DNA from: Lama glama
Taxonomy: Eukaryota
Assembly (NCBI GenBank): GCA_028534125.1
Contig: CM052816.1
Coordinates: forward strand, 24,616,001-24,680,000
Direction: 5' to 3'
Length of the DNA stretch: 64,000 bases
The notes beneath the pieces are model-generated. The model did no database searches, was not told the DNA's origin, and worked only from the letters and a program-made list of their open reading frames with translations. Positions 39,101 through 52,549 of this stretch are shown one piece after another. The stretch's first letter is position 1. Each line of letters starts with the position of its first letter. A program made the translations under genes and the position numbers.

Positions 39101-41654
39101 AGGAGCCAGAACGCCCTTCTAAAGGGAACATGACGTCATGGTACTTCCCTGTTCTAAACCCTCCAGGTGCCACCCGCCGCCCACCTCCCTCCCCTGGCCC
39201 AGGTTCCTCAGGACACAGACCTTTCCACCTCAGGGCAACATGCTCCTTCTCAGTGATTTCATGCTTGGCCCTTTTCCCGTCCTTGAAGTCAGCCTAAACA
39301 TCACTTCCTCAGAGAGTCCTTGACTTGCCACCACATATAAATTTTTTCCCGTCTTATTCTCCATCTCTGCCCTGGAATTGTTTCCTACAATAATATACCT
39401 AAGTATTTGAATTATATATGTATGTGTACATTCATTCATATTTTTTTTGCCTGTCTTTGACATTAAACTTCTAACCTATGTGAGGGCAGGTCTACCTCAC
39501 TTATGATTGTATTTGCTTCCATACAGCCTGGCATATAATACTTACTCAACAAATCTTTGTTGAATTGCATGACTGAAAAAGAAGACTGCATAAAATGTAT
39601 CTGTGCCTATTTGAAGTGGTTTGTTGTTCTGGCAGTACATTTGATTAGCTCTAATTCATGAGAAGGATAATGGGATATCACAAGAATCATACAAATTCTT
39701 AATGTTTACTTAGCAGGTAAAGGGACGTATTTATCTATCTTATTTTTTTTCCCGTTTTTTATTGAAGTATGGTTGATTTACAATGTTGTGTTAGTTTCTG
39801 GTGTACAGCATAGTGATTTTTTTTTTACTTCAAATAACCAACATGTACCCTAGTGTTTCTACAAATTCCTTTGAATGATTTTATACACAATATGTTAAGT
39901 AGATCTTTCAACTAGACTAGAACTTCTCCAGTGCCAGACAACTTGGAGGTATGTGTAATGTTTTAAGACTGGCTCCAATACACATTAAAAAACCTTATAG
40001 ATACTAATATAGAGATTTGATATTGAATATTCAAATATGCAGGAGAAATAGGCCTGGCCTTTTTTTTAAAAAGGCTTGAATTTAGGTTGATGCAGATTTT
40101 TTATTTCATTTATTTATCTATACTTATTTAAATCATATGTATTACATTTATTTAAATTATACTTTATATATTGTATATATTTTTAATATTTTTAATACAT
40201 TTTAATTTAATTTTATTTTTCCTGGTTGGTACTTGAGCTCCAAGAAGAGTTCGCATTACAGTCAACGTAACAGCAGGATTAAAGCAAAGGGGTTCAAGAA
40301 ACACTCAAAGTTCAGCAAAATATGGAAATAATGCAAAAGTTTTACATTTTCAATCACAGGAATTGTGCTCTTGCTTAAACAACCATAATACAAGCTAGGT
40401 AGATTCGTTTTAATGATGGATGGAAAAATTACGCTAACTTTAAATAGATATATTAAGAAACATTTTGCATAAATTCAGGCTCTTGGTCTCTAAAACTTCT
40501 TTTTAAAAATTACTGAATTTGTTTTCCTAACCTGACAGTCTGATATATGAATGCTATTAAATGAAGTGGAATTTCTTTATTTTCTATTTAATTTTTAAAA
40601 GCTGTAATTTTGAACACTTTTTTGTGTAGTTGATGAGAAATAAATCAAATAATCGACTTTTGATATACGGTACTATGTAAACGCAAAGTACAGGTGGAGA
40701 GATTATTCCTCTGCCTTCACTTGATAAGTTTATCTGGCAGTTACATTAAAGTTTACATCATATGGAAAGTAAATTTTTGCTGGTGAGCACCCTATAAGGT
40801 ATATAGAAGTAGAAATATAATGTTGTAAACATGAAACTTACACAATATTATAAACCAATGTCACCTCAGTTAGAAAAGAAGTTTGCATCAAAGTCGGATG
40901 AGGCATAACCTATAAAAATTTGAATCACTGTGTTGTACACCTGAAACAAATACAACACTAAATCAATAAAAAAAGAAGTTGGATGAGGAACTTTTTCTTC
41001 TAAATGATTTCCGCTTGCACTTGATTTCTACATTTTATAAGTGGCTAGAGAATTATTATGTGATAAAGCAAAAAAAGAGTAGATAAATGAATTTTCATTA
41101 AAATACATAATTATCAGTGGTTTCATATAGATATGAATATTTACAGCTAAAAAGGATAAGTTCTGTATATAGTCAAAGCTGCTATAAATCACTGTCCAGC
41201 AAGTAGTTGAACCAGAGCTCAGCTAGTATTATTTTAATATTTAATTAAGAAAGCTGAAAAGAGTGCAATTTTAAAATATTTTAAAAATTACTATTTTGAT
41301 AATAGTACAGTAATTTTGATATCAAAGTAAGGTTTTTGGTTTAGCAATTTGGCTTTACTTCCTATGAGCCCAAGAATGAGTCAGGAATTGAGGAACTGCA
41401 GAGCCAACTAGTTTTCTAGTACTAAGAAAGTACTAAAGAAGGCACTAATAATTCTTTTCCCCTAATGGTGGTAAGAGTTTCTATATGCTCAGCAGATCAC
41501 GTCCTTTGCTATAGACCACCTTAATATCCACCGGCCCAATAGCCTCGGCTGAGCCTTCTCCTTGGCTGATTGCTCCCTCCGAGGATGAGGAAGGAGCTCT
41601 CCAAGGAACACCTGTCGGTGCCAAGGCCATCGGGGGCAAACGTGACGCACCCAC

Positions 41655-41782
41655 CTGGGAAACACCGAGCCTGGGCTGTCGGGGTTGCTGTACAGGACCT
41701 CTGCGCCCGCCTTGCTTGCACTGCTGGGAATCTCAGACCGGAACACCGCGTCACTGGACGACTGCAGCCTTCTCTTCACCAT
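41655..41782 (-). CDS. GRAMD2B: GRAMD2B distal alternative coding first exon, MVKRRLQSSSDAVFRSEIPSSASKAGAEVLYSNPDSPGSVFP + 2 nt
   Basis: ATG at 41782 in strong context (acgATGG); 128 nt (42 codons + 2), then an AG|GTGGGT donor in the same phase 2 as the proximal exon. Resembles the recalled mouse Gramd3 N-terminus MVKKPISSSDEVFKFEIPSSPKSSAGASHSSTDSPSSVFLS. Lies inside ORF 41489..41821. Confidence 0.88.
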
Positions 41783-42000
41783 CGTGCACTTGTCAACAGC
41801 CAAGTCGAGAAGTAAGCTCAAGGGCTCATTTCTTAACCTCCCTGATAATGTGAAAATCTCTGCGTTTTAGCTTTGCTGGGTTGCCGCATTGCAGGAAGCT
41901 CCTTCTTCACATGACTCCTAATCTAGCTGAGGCGATTTTTTTTTTTTGAAGTCAGTTAATGAGTAACATGTAAGTATGACACAGAGTGGTTTTCATCCTA
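41783..42000 (-). promoter_or_regulatory. GRAMD2B: Distal GRAMD2B 5'UTR/promoter with an HNF1-like site
   Basis: Unique sequence upstream of the distal ATG, next to a locally CpG-rich patch (about 41500-41930). GTTAATGAGTAAC at 41955-41967. Confidence 0.6.
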
Positions 42001-42950
42001 TCCACAGTTGCTCTGAAGGAAAAGTAGATGTGTTCGGAAATCCAGTTTTCAGTTTACTGATATAAACACCATACAACTCTGGATTTAGGTAGAAAAATCT
42101 CTGGAGAAGTAAAGACTCAAAATAAAAGGATGAGGTGCAGAGAAAGGCAACATCTAAACATGAAAAGCAGGGATGCTTTCTCTAAACCTCTGAAAGAGGA
42201 ATGTGAATGTGTTTTATGCCTTTATATATGCAAGAAATAACCAGCCCACGTGTGGTAAGACACACAGGAGCTTTCAGGCTGTGCTGCTTGGTCCTTGGGA
42301 CCTGAAAAGTCCTGGAGTTCTTAGGGAAACCATATGTACAAAGTCAGGAGAGCCCCAACATTAAAAAAACAAAACAAATCAAAAACACTAGGAGGCGAGG
42401 GATCCAGTTCCATCCATTGCTTTCTGGCTGTGTAACCATAGGTGATCCCAACCCTGCTGAGTTTGGTGTCTACCATGCAACTCTCACAAGATTACAATGA
42501 AATCATATAGAAGAATATGCTTTGCATTATCATTCTTGTTACTTGGAACCCTACTAAAAGCAGGAAGGAAAATGAATTTCCTATGTGATGATATTCAGTC
42601 ACTTAAGGTTTATGCACAAGAAAAATATGTGTCCCTCCATTCATGTCTTTTAGCAGCAGGAAAGGATTTGGTCCAAAGTAGCTATGTTCTCTCTCTTCTG
42701 TTTCCCTTGTGATTAGTAAGTGACCTTGGAGAATGTCTGGCTTAAATGAAGTCCACAGATTCTGATTGTGGAAGAGGGCAAAGTTTCCTGGGAAATTAAA
42801 CTTTTAGCCTTGGTTTTGTTAGCACTTTCTTCCAATCAGCTGATAACCAGCCAGGGACAATTTGGGCTGTTCCACGTGCAGTACTGACTCCAAGCACACT
42901 TTTGAAATTAGACAAAGTATATCTTTTAGTGGGATTTTACTGGTGCCTAA

Positions 42951-43061
42951 TAAGGTGAACAGTTTAGCCCAGTTGGTCCAGGATTTTCTGTTTCAGCACT
43001 GAATGCCTCACATCATAGGAACTTCTTAAGGCTGGGCAAACCAGGACAAGTGGTCACCCTT
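42951..43061. mobile_element. MER81-like hAT-Blackjack MITE
   Basis: TIR-like ends TAAGGTGA...TCACCCTT; internal 'tttcagcactgaa' and 'gggcaaaccaggac'. Confidence 0.72.
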
Positions 43062-43257
43062 GTTCCAAGTGTCGTCTTGCTACAATTCTGATGGTGCATT
43101 ACACCCAGCTCCCCTCTTTATCCTTTTTGATAGTGTAGTATCTGTAGTTCTCTTTTTCCCCTTAGTTTCCTCTTATGTTCTCCCTTTATGTTGCAGGTAT
43201 GTTAGAAATATGTTAAATAAGCTAAAGTATACTAAACTGGATTAATCAAACCCATCA

Positions 43258-43680
43258 TAACCTAGAGATTATCATACCAAGAGAAGTAAGTCAGACAGAG
43301 TAAAACAAATACCATATGGTATCACTTATATGTGAAATCTAAAAAAACCAACACAAATGAACTTATTTCAGTACAGAAATAGACTCACATACATAGGAAA
43401 CAAACTTATGGTTACCTAAGGGGAAAGGGTAGGGAGAGGGATAAATTAGGAGTTTGAGATGAACAGATACACACTACTATATATAAAAAAGATAAACAAC
43501 AAAGACCTATTGTAAAGCACAGGGAGTTATATTCAATATGTAGTAATAACCAATAATAGAAAATAATCTGAAAAAGAATGTATATACATATATTAACATA
43601 TACATATATGAATCACTTTGCTGTACACCTGAAACTAACACAACATTGTAAATCAACTATATACACATCAATTAAAAAAA
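43258..43680 (+). mobile_element. L1 3' end with diverged TSD
   Basis: L1 3'UTR with poly(A). TSD-like aatcaaacccatca (43244-43257) vs aatcaaagccagca (43681-43694). Confidence 0.88.
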
Positions 43681-45204
43681 AATCAAAGCCAGCACCATAC
43701 CTCATATAATACCAACAACCTGAAAGGTAGTTTGCTCCTTGTAAACAAAAAGGTCTAATCAGCACAGATATTGTATCTAATAAAGCATAGTATGTTACTG
43801 TTCCCCAGGCAGGTTTGGATTTTAACAGGGGGCAATGCTTAACTGAGGACAAAACATCTCTAAGGAGGAAATTCCAGTGTTGGTAGCCAGTCTTTGGACA
43901 TATTTTTCAATAGAGGAGCTTTCTTAATACTCAATCAACAATATTTTATCAGCAAGGCTCCATGCTAGCTGCAGTGAATGATACAAAAATATTTTAAGAA
44001 ATGTATCCTTGCTATAATAATGTAGCTAAGAAGGGAAAATACACATAACTGAAAAGTTACCAATAAAAGAGGAAGGAAGGCAATAAAACAGGCTAATATT
44101 TCATTAACCTCTGTACTACTAATATCTTTTGAGTCTATGTAGCATCTCTGCTAGATTATTTCAGAATCACATCTCATTTTAATCCTTGCCCAAACCATGT
44201 TTTTACAAATGATGAAAATGTATCTTAGAAAGGTTAAGCAGTTTGGCCATAATTAAGTGGTCGTAAGAATGTGGTCATGCCAGAATGGATTCATTCATTC
44301 AACAAATGTATTGAGCATTTACATTTAAAAGGAAGCAAGATCATTTGAGACTAGCATGATTTAGGAAAGCCTAGTGGAAAAGGTGGAGTTTGAGTTGAGG
44401 TCTGAAGAATGAGGAGATATCGGAAAGGCAGAAAGGGAAGGGAGCAGAGCTTGTGAGCAAATTAACAGGCGTGGACCAGGTGTGTATGGGAGTGGAGAGT
44501 TTGCACTGGGGAGGCAGGGAAAGAGCTCTGAACATTTAGATGGAGGCTGAATTATGAAGGACCCTGAATGCCAGCAGGTAGTTGAAGCTTTATCTTGAAG
44601 GTGCTGGGAATAAAATGATGGAAGATTAGTTTGATTGCCATGGGCATTATGCTTTATAAGCAGAAGGGGATAAGTGGGCTTAATATAGCCATCACCTAGT
44701 GATATGGTTACTTCATCTATGCAGCAACTACCAGTCTACGGGAGGCAGCTCTGAAGAAGTTGAAACAGTATTGACTGAACTCTTATGTAAGATGCTGGGT
44801 TAATTCCTTATCAGAAGAAGTTGTGTCAGAGATGGGATTTGCTGAAACTCTAGAGCATGGGTCACAAACTCAAATGCCTTCAAGAGCCAGGAAGGTGAGT
44901 AAAACTATGAGGTGGGGCAGGGAACAGAAGTCAGCAGAGAGTGGTAGAACTAAGTGGAGCGCTTGTGCCCTCTCTAGGGGCGTTTAAGTGGTAAACTACA
45001 AATGCTGGTGGGAGGGGCAACTCAACCTATCTGAGGGCAGGATTCAGCTGTGGCTTCTGCCCTGAATTTCACTGCTTGATATGAGCTGACTATAATCAAT
45101 CTTCTGAAATCTGCGAGTAGTTATGTTTGGACTTTATGATCAAACAGGAATAAGGTTCTGATGGCACATAACCACTGAAAGAAAACGTGAATTTTGACAA
45201 GCTT

Positions 45205-45336
45205 GTTTTTGGAGGGGGGAAAAGAAGGGGGAGGTAATTAGCGTTATTTATTTATTTTTAAGGGAGGTACTGGGGATTGAACCTAGGACCTTACCCGTGC
45301 TAAATACACACTCTACCACTGAGCTATACTCCCCCT
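45205..45336 (-). mobile_element. tRNA-derived SINE (camelid Vic-1 type), second copy
   Basis: 'gaggtactggggattgaacctaggacc...ctctaccactgagctatac' is homologous to 4665-4735, plus the 'gaggtaatta...ttatttatttattttt' tail region. Confidence 0.85.
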
Positions 45337-45929
45337 GTCCTCCCCACCATGGTTTTATTTTTAGAATGAATGGCAGTTGACTGCTGTGCATCAATCTACA
45401 TCTGCGAGCACAGAGCTGCCACTGTTTGAACCCTCTGATTGTTTAGATATGGCTTCTGCTCAAGATACTTCTAGCCTTTGCCACAGCTTTTGTTTTTATG
45501 TGTGAAAATTAAAACAAGGACCAGGCAATTAAAGGTAAATAACCAGAGTAGAATATTTTTGTAAATATAGCTGTGAAAGGAGCAGAGACACTGGCAAAAA
45601 ATGAATAATGTATGATAAAAACCAGAATACAACAAAAATGAAGGTAGCAGAGAACTTTTATATCCTTACATGGAAAGTAAGATTAATAAGCAAAACCAGA
45701 CAAGATGAAAATTGACAACTAGCAGCAACTTTTAAGCAGGACCACCAATGATTGAAATACCTCAATTTTCTGATGCTCTCCAATAAGTCGCAATGTTCTA
45801 TCCTTATAAACAGAGATTGAAAAATAGACTGACATAGAAAAGAGAAGAGTGAATGTGGGCTCTCCACTTGGTAAATTTGGTTAACATCTCTGGATTTTTT
45901 TTGTTCTCTTCTACTACATGAAGAGAAAG

Positions 45930-46230
45930 TAGGCTAGATTTGGCCTGCTGACAGGTTCTGTTTGGCCTCTACCATGTTTTACAAGTAGAAATTTCCTATG
46001 CATTTCAGAGAAAACATGGTTAATCTAGAAAATCATGGTTAATCTAGAAAACCTAGAAAATCAGATCTGACAAGAGTCTGACAATAGTCTGGTATTAAGA
46101 TGCAGAGCCCCCTTGTGATGGGGCTGACCTCTGCAGTTTACCACAGTCTCTAGCTTTCCTTATTGTCTCACTCTGCTTGCTTTGCTTCACTTATTCTCAT
46201 AACCTGCATCTGAGTTTAAAATCCCCAGCC
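45930..46230. mobile_element. hAT-Charlie (MER102-like) remnant
   Basis: Contains 'gatttggcctgctgacaggttctgtttggcc' and 'cagtttaccacagtc...tgagtttaaaatcccc'. Family assignment is from recall. Confidence 0.5.
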
Positions 46231-48154
46231 TAGGTGATGTTGAACATTTTCTCTAGTTCTAGTTTTCTTTCCTTAAACCCTGCTCATGAAAGTTTCACTG
46301 TAAAATTTTTTTCTTTCTTCAGTGAAACAAGGTCCATGGTTCCAAGAATTTTGTCTTGTGCAATGATGATAATCTTTGATTATTATATCCAACCATTCTG
46401 AAGTTCACAAATAAAGAAAAAATATACCTCCTAGTGTCAGGATAGATAGGAGGTGGGGACCCAACTGAAAATACCAGAGAAACAGAGCTTCAAAACTAAA
46501 CTTTCTAAGGAATGGTATACAAATTTTCATTTATAAATAAACTAGATTTTACCTATGATTAAGCAACATAAATATTTGTGCTTTAAGATTTATCTGATAC
46601 GTGTTTTTTTCAGATCAGTATTAACAAAATTAGTTTGTAAACTAAGCCCATATTCCTGCCCTTTGATTAAAGGGCCCTATGGCCTGGTGGAGTTACATGG
46701 AGAGTCAGACTTGATCATGGAATAGCCATATTTAGCAAGCCAGTTGGGTGTAATGTGAATATGCCCACATTCCTGGAGTGGGCTGTGTAATGTTGTGGTT
46801 TAGAGTGTGGGCTTGGGGGTCAGGTTGCCTGGATTGGAAGGGTGGCTCCATTATTTCCCTGCAGTGCTACTTTAGAAAGGTACTTACCCTTTCCAAGCCT
46901 GTATAAAACAACTATTGTAATAATAAACTACAATGGAAAAGAATATGAAAAAAATATATAAAAGACTATTGTGAGCACTTGATGATAATGTAAAGTTCAA
47001 GTATGAAGCCTGTACATAGTAAGCATTCAGAAAATACCACTGATGAGGAGAAGGAGGGAAGATTATGATTTCAGCTGGTCATATTTCTCTAAAGTTGAGT
47101 GGATTCTTCTTATTACTGAAAGTTATGATTTCCTTTTCTGAATGTCACATTAGTTGTGTGTCTGCATGTGGCTTGTAGAAGACTTAATCCCACAGGCAGA
47201 GCAAGTGTTAACAATTTGGGCCCATAGAGTGTTGACACTGGTGGCCCTAACAGCCCTGCCAAGCAGCCTGGAATACTCCAGTCTAACTAATGGACTAAAT
47301 CGTATCTTCCTCTTGCCTCAAGCTCCTTTATTCAGTGGTTTCTGAGAGAGGTTAATTCCTCCCCTAAAGTCGTGAGCCCTTCTCTGAGATGATGTGGAGA
47401 GAATGACTGTGTTGCCCATGAAGGGAAACTATTTCTATCTGCAGCACTTGGTTACTTCAGAGAAAGTTTTGCTCTCAGGAAGATTAGAAAGTGATCTTGC
47501 TCTTCCAGTAAACATGGTAATATCAGACTTAAGGCAATCTTTCTTTTCGTGGATTTTCTTGGTCATATTGGGGAAAGAAATTAGAACACCCAAGTTCCAG
47601 ACTGTAAATACTCCCGGCATGGCTGATTTTAAGCTACCAACGTGATGCCACTGAACAAGGCTTTAGGAAGAGGTGCTGATCACTAGGTCTTGTGAGCCAG
47701 TACAAGCTGACTCCCTCATGCTGCAGTAAACATTTAAATGTTCCAACTTCAGTGTTTGGTAAATGTCTGAATTGGTCATTAATTACAATATTTAAAAATT
47801 TCCCCAATTTTCTGATTTTTAGGGATTTTCTCCCCATATCTTGCTGTTGGGTTCCAGAGCCAGTACATATTTTATTTAAAAACACAGACTCTCTGTGTTT
47901 GAATTCTTATATTGCCATTTAATAACTTTAGTTTCCTAATTTGTAAAATGGGAATAATAATAGTATTTACCTAATGGGTTTGTTGGGAAAGTAAATTAGT
48001 TAATACTTGTAAAGACTTTGAATATTGCCTGGCATATAATAAGCACTCAGTAAGTTGCTGTAATTATTATTACCAACATTTATAATTACTCTGAGCAACA
48101 TTTATAATAAAATCATAGGGCCTTATTTAAAGTAACTATCTGTTTTTGAAGGTT

Positions 48155-49420
48155 TTAGAAACAGCTTAAAACATAATTTACATAACATAAAGTCCACCTT
48201 TTAAAATATATAATTTAGTGGTTTTTAGTTTATTTACTGAGTTACACAACCACCACCATTGTCTAATTTTAGAACATTTTCATCACTCCCAAAAGAAACC
48301 TTGTACCCATCAGCAGTTACTCCCCACCCATCCACCCCCTTCCTTCTCTGCCCTAGGCAACCACTCTTTCTATATGAGGCATTTCACATATCAGTTATAG
48401 AGAGAAATTATCTATTCTGGATATTTTATATAATTAGAATCATACAATACGTGATTTTTTGTGACTGGCTTCTTTCACTTAGCATGTTTACAGGTTTCAT
48501 CCATATTGTAGAATATATCAGTAATTTATTCCATTTTATGACCAAATAATATTTCATTGCATGGATATACCACATTTTATTTATCCATTCTTCAGTTGAT
48601 GGATATTTGGATTGTTTTCACTTTTCGACTATTATGAATAATGTTGCTATGGAAATTTGTGTACAAGATTAGTGTGGAAATGTATTTTCAATTATCTCGG
48701 TTATATACTGAAGAGTGAAATTGCTATATTTAACTTTTTAAGGAACTACCAAACTGTTTTTCAAAGTGGCTATATCATTTTACATTCCTACCAGCAATGG
48801 ATGAGAGTTCCAATACCTCCATATGCTTGCAAACACTTAGTATTTTTTTCCTTTGGATTACAACATTCTAGTACATGTGAAATGGTATCTCATTATGTTT
48901 TTGATTTGCATATTGAGCGTATTTTTCTGTGCTTAGAGAAAAATGTACTCAATCCTTTGCCCATTTTCAAATTGGGTTCCTTTCAAATTGGGTATCCTTT
49001 ATATATTCTGGATACAAATCCCTTTTCCAATATATGATTTGCAATATTTTTTCCCCATTCTTTTCACTTTCTTGATGGTGTCCTTTGAAACACAAAAGTT
49101 TTAAATTTTGATAACATCCAGTTTATCAACCTTCTATTTTATCACTCATGCTTTTGGTGTTATACTTAAGAAATAATCGCTTAACCCAAGGTGGTAAAGA
49201 TTTACTCCTATATTTTCTTCTAAGAGTTTTATAGTTTTAGCACTAACATTAGGGTAAGATATTTGATCCACTTTGAGCTAATGCTTGAGTGTGTCATGAG
49301 GTAGAGGTCCAACTTTATTCTTTTGCACATTGTCCTAGCACTTAATTCTTTCAGCAGTTTTTCTCACTCTATCATTGAAAATGAATTGACCATAAATGTT
49401 AGGGTTTAGTTTTGGTTATT
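48155..49420 (-). mobile_element. L1 (L1MB-like) 3' region
   Basis: Antisense 'ttttagaacattttcatcactccc', 'atataccacattttatttatccattc' and 'cattttacattcctaccagcaatg'. Confidence 0.88.
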
Positions 49421-52400
49421 TTAAATGATATAACTAGAAATGTATTCACAATTGGTTAATTTGATCACTACTGCTCCTTTTAAAGATATTAAAAAAAACC
49501 TTTTTCATGCAATCTACATAAGTCCAGGGCTCAGAGTTATGGTATTTTTGTTTTATCCTTCTTGGTAGCCCTGAAATTGCGTGGTTGTTTATTTCACCTG
49601 TTTGTAAAGGTGGTATAACAAAGAATGTTAATAATGATGATTCTTCAGCCATGTAGAAGATCATGAACTATCATCATCTCTTAAAGACTATCAAAGAGAC
49701 AAAGATTCTTACACAAATACATTTCTATGTTACTGTTGATTATGTCTCTTCAATTTACCATTCATCTTGCAATTTTTTTTTTAAACAGTGGAAAGCAGTA
49801 AGGCTAGGTTGAATTTACAACAGCTGACTGAGATGGTACTGTCTGTGATAGTTCAGTCTTAAAAATTTATTTCATGGTATCTCTTAAGATGTGAGTCAGG
49901 ATATAAGCATGCAATTTATGGAGGAGGAAGTGCACATGGCTAATAAACAAGTGACAAATAGTCTCCACTAGTTAAAAAAATGCAGATGATGACCCCTGTT
50001 AGGCAACAAATTGGCAGTTTTCAAAAGGTCACCACATTTGTGGTGACGGTGGTAGGCTTCTTAACATGCATGTGCGCAAAGCTGGAAATGATTCCATAAA
50101 GGAGTTCCCATCCTCATTTTGCAAACTGCAGAGACACGGACTGTTTCTCATTAGGTTTTAGAGGCAGGAGGACAGAGTGTGGAAAGCAACTTATTTATTG
50201 TGTAATTTCTATATGCCTGGCACTTTACATGTGGAAACTTATTTAATCCTATAATGCTAAGAAATAGGTATATTTCTCACCACTTCTGAGATAAGAAAAC
50301 TGAACTCAAGAGAAATGGTCTCTTTTTGTAGCTCATACATGCAGTTAAAAAACAGCAGAGCTGAAATTCAAATGCAGGTCTGTACATGTAAGCCCTGTGT
50401 CTTTCAACTGTTGTACACAGTCTTCCCGAAAGGAAAATAAAACACATGGTCCCTAGTTTCTTTGATCTACGTACATTTCATAGCATGTTTTCTGTTCCCA
50501 TCATGCCTCACACAGGATTGCCTCCAATGTCCATGTGTACCCAGCAGAATGCCTTCAGATGTCCTTCTGGAGGCCTTCTCTTTATTGCCCCAGGTCTGGA
50601 CTGAGCTTAATAACCTTCCCAAAAGAGAATCTTTTGAAGATAGGATCCTTTGAGGGATGTTTAAGCAATTGTCATTGGAATTCTAGAGGAATTTTTTAAA
50701 AAATTAAATAACTCTCCCCATATACTTGGTGCTCTGCTAGTAGTATTACAAACTTTAAACTGGAAAACATGGCCAAAGCCAAAAAAACCAAAAGCTTAAC
50801 CCACAATGTCTGCTTACAAGGAAGCCAGAGAAACTAACTAAAGCCAAATGTATCTTTCTGGATTAAAAGGAACTTAAAACCAAAACATACAGAGTTGACA
50901 AAGCAAGGGTGACAGTGCAATGTGTTCACCCCCTTTTCCCTTAGCTGGAATACAGTGAGTTCTCCTGGACAAGCAGTCCTAGATTGCATCCATACTTCTG
51001 GCCTCTCTTAGCATTGCTCGTTGCCCCTCTGCTTGAGTTCTCATTCCTCAACTTCCACAACATGTAAAACCTCAAACTCTGCCAATTCTTTTATGCAATC
51101 AACCTATAAGCAAAAGGCATGTGTGTCAGAGGTTCCTGAGCACCTGAAAGCATGTGGGGTCAGTCATGTTTTTGCTCAAGTCCTTGATGATAAACAAGGA
51201 AACTGCCCTCAATGGGCAACCACAGATCTCCTCCGTGTGGAGACTTCCTGTCTTTGAGATACCAAAAAGACCTTTCATATAGCAAAGAGGCAACACTGTA
51301 TTCCCAGCTACTTTTTCCAGGTCTGGGACCTGTCACTTACAGTTCCAGGTCTGGATCCATTTGCTTCACTTCTTTTCCCTGGAGCCCACTCTTCCAGGGC
51401 GTGAGCTGTGCTCGGAATGTCTGCTGGATGCTCCTCCTTGCTGGGAGAGCCTGCTGTCTTCTCCACATCTTTTGGAGGCCGGCTGATCTTCAAAAAACTC
51501 TGAGGAGTACCAGGAAGGAACTTTATGTTTACTACTGATTTGGCCAATGACAGCCCTTCTGGCCAAGTGGCCTGACAAGTGCTATAACAGAAAGTTTCTC
51601 TCTCAGAGTCTGCTCAGAGGGACAGATCAACCACACCTGAAACCCACATCTGTGGGTCAGCGATTGACCACAGAGACATTCTATGAACTCCTAAGATAAA
51701 AGTATTGTTTTGCCTCAGGAGTTTCATTTTCTCTTGAGGCTGGTATGGGGTTACTTCCATTGACCCCTTATTGATGATCTATGTCTTACTCCAATCCTGA
51801 TGTCTTTCCTCAATTTAGAAGATAGTGAGTATATGCTACCTCAGAGGTTCCTCCCTAATTCTCCCTAGATAGTTTTCAGTTTCCTCCTAGGAGTACATGG
51901 CTATACATTATTTAAATTAAATATATCCAACATAACAAATTTGATATTCTCAAAATATTGATAAAATATCAATATTTTATCACCCATGTCTCATCTGTGC
52001 TTTCTATAATCAGAATATACTTTTTTTTAAAGAACACATTTTGTACTGCTTTCATAATGGTTCTTTCCTCATGGTGGGGGCTCAATAAATATTTACTGAT
52101 AATAAACCTGTTATGCTAGAAGCAAATGCACAGAGAAGTTGATCTTCATTATTCTTCTTTCTTTTTAGCTGTTCCACCATGACACTAATGCAAACACAAA
52201 AGTTGCTCATTAATTAGAAGAATAATAAACTAACATTAAACATTTTTACTGTGTTTCAAATAAAAATCTAATTGGCTAAACTCAAAAGTAAATATTTTTA
52301 AGTATTAATTTTAATCTAAGACCATTGCAAAACAAAATGTATGTAGGGAGATGATTAGTTTTTATAGGAAATACTAAGGTGAAGATTTACATAGAGAAGG

Positions 52401-52549
52401 AAGAGTGCAATTTGCTTGAGTTCAAAACTAGACAATAGAAAAGAGACTTCCATGCATGAGATTGTTAAGAATGCAAATAACTTTCATTTGTATCCTCCCT
52501 TTCTGACTCTTTCAATAAAAATTTGCCTTCCATCCTGTGTTAGATTGAA

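Noticed and set aside
41489..41654. C-terminal part of the 110-aa ORF 41489..41821
   Set aside because: It lies beyond the splice donor at 41654, where similarity to the recalled GRAMD2B sequence ends. This is intron read-through.
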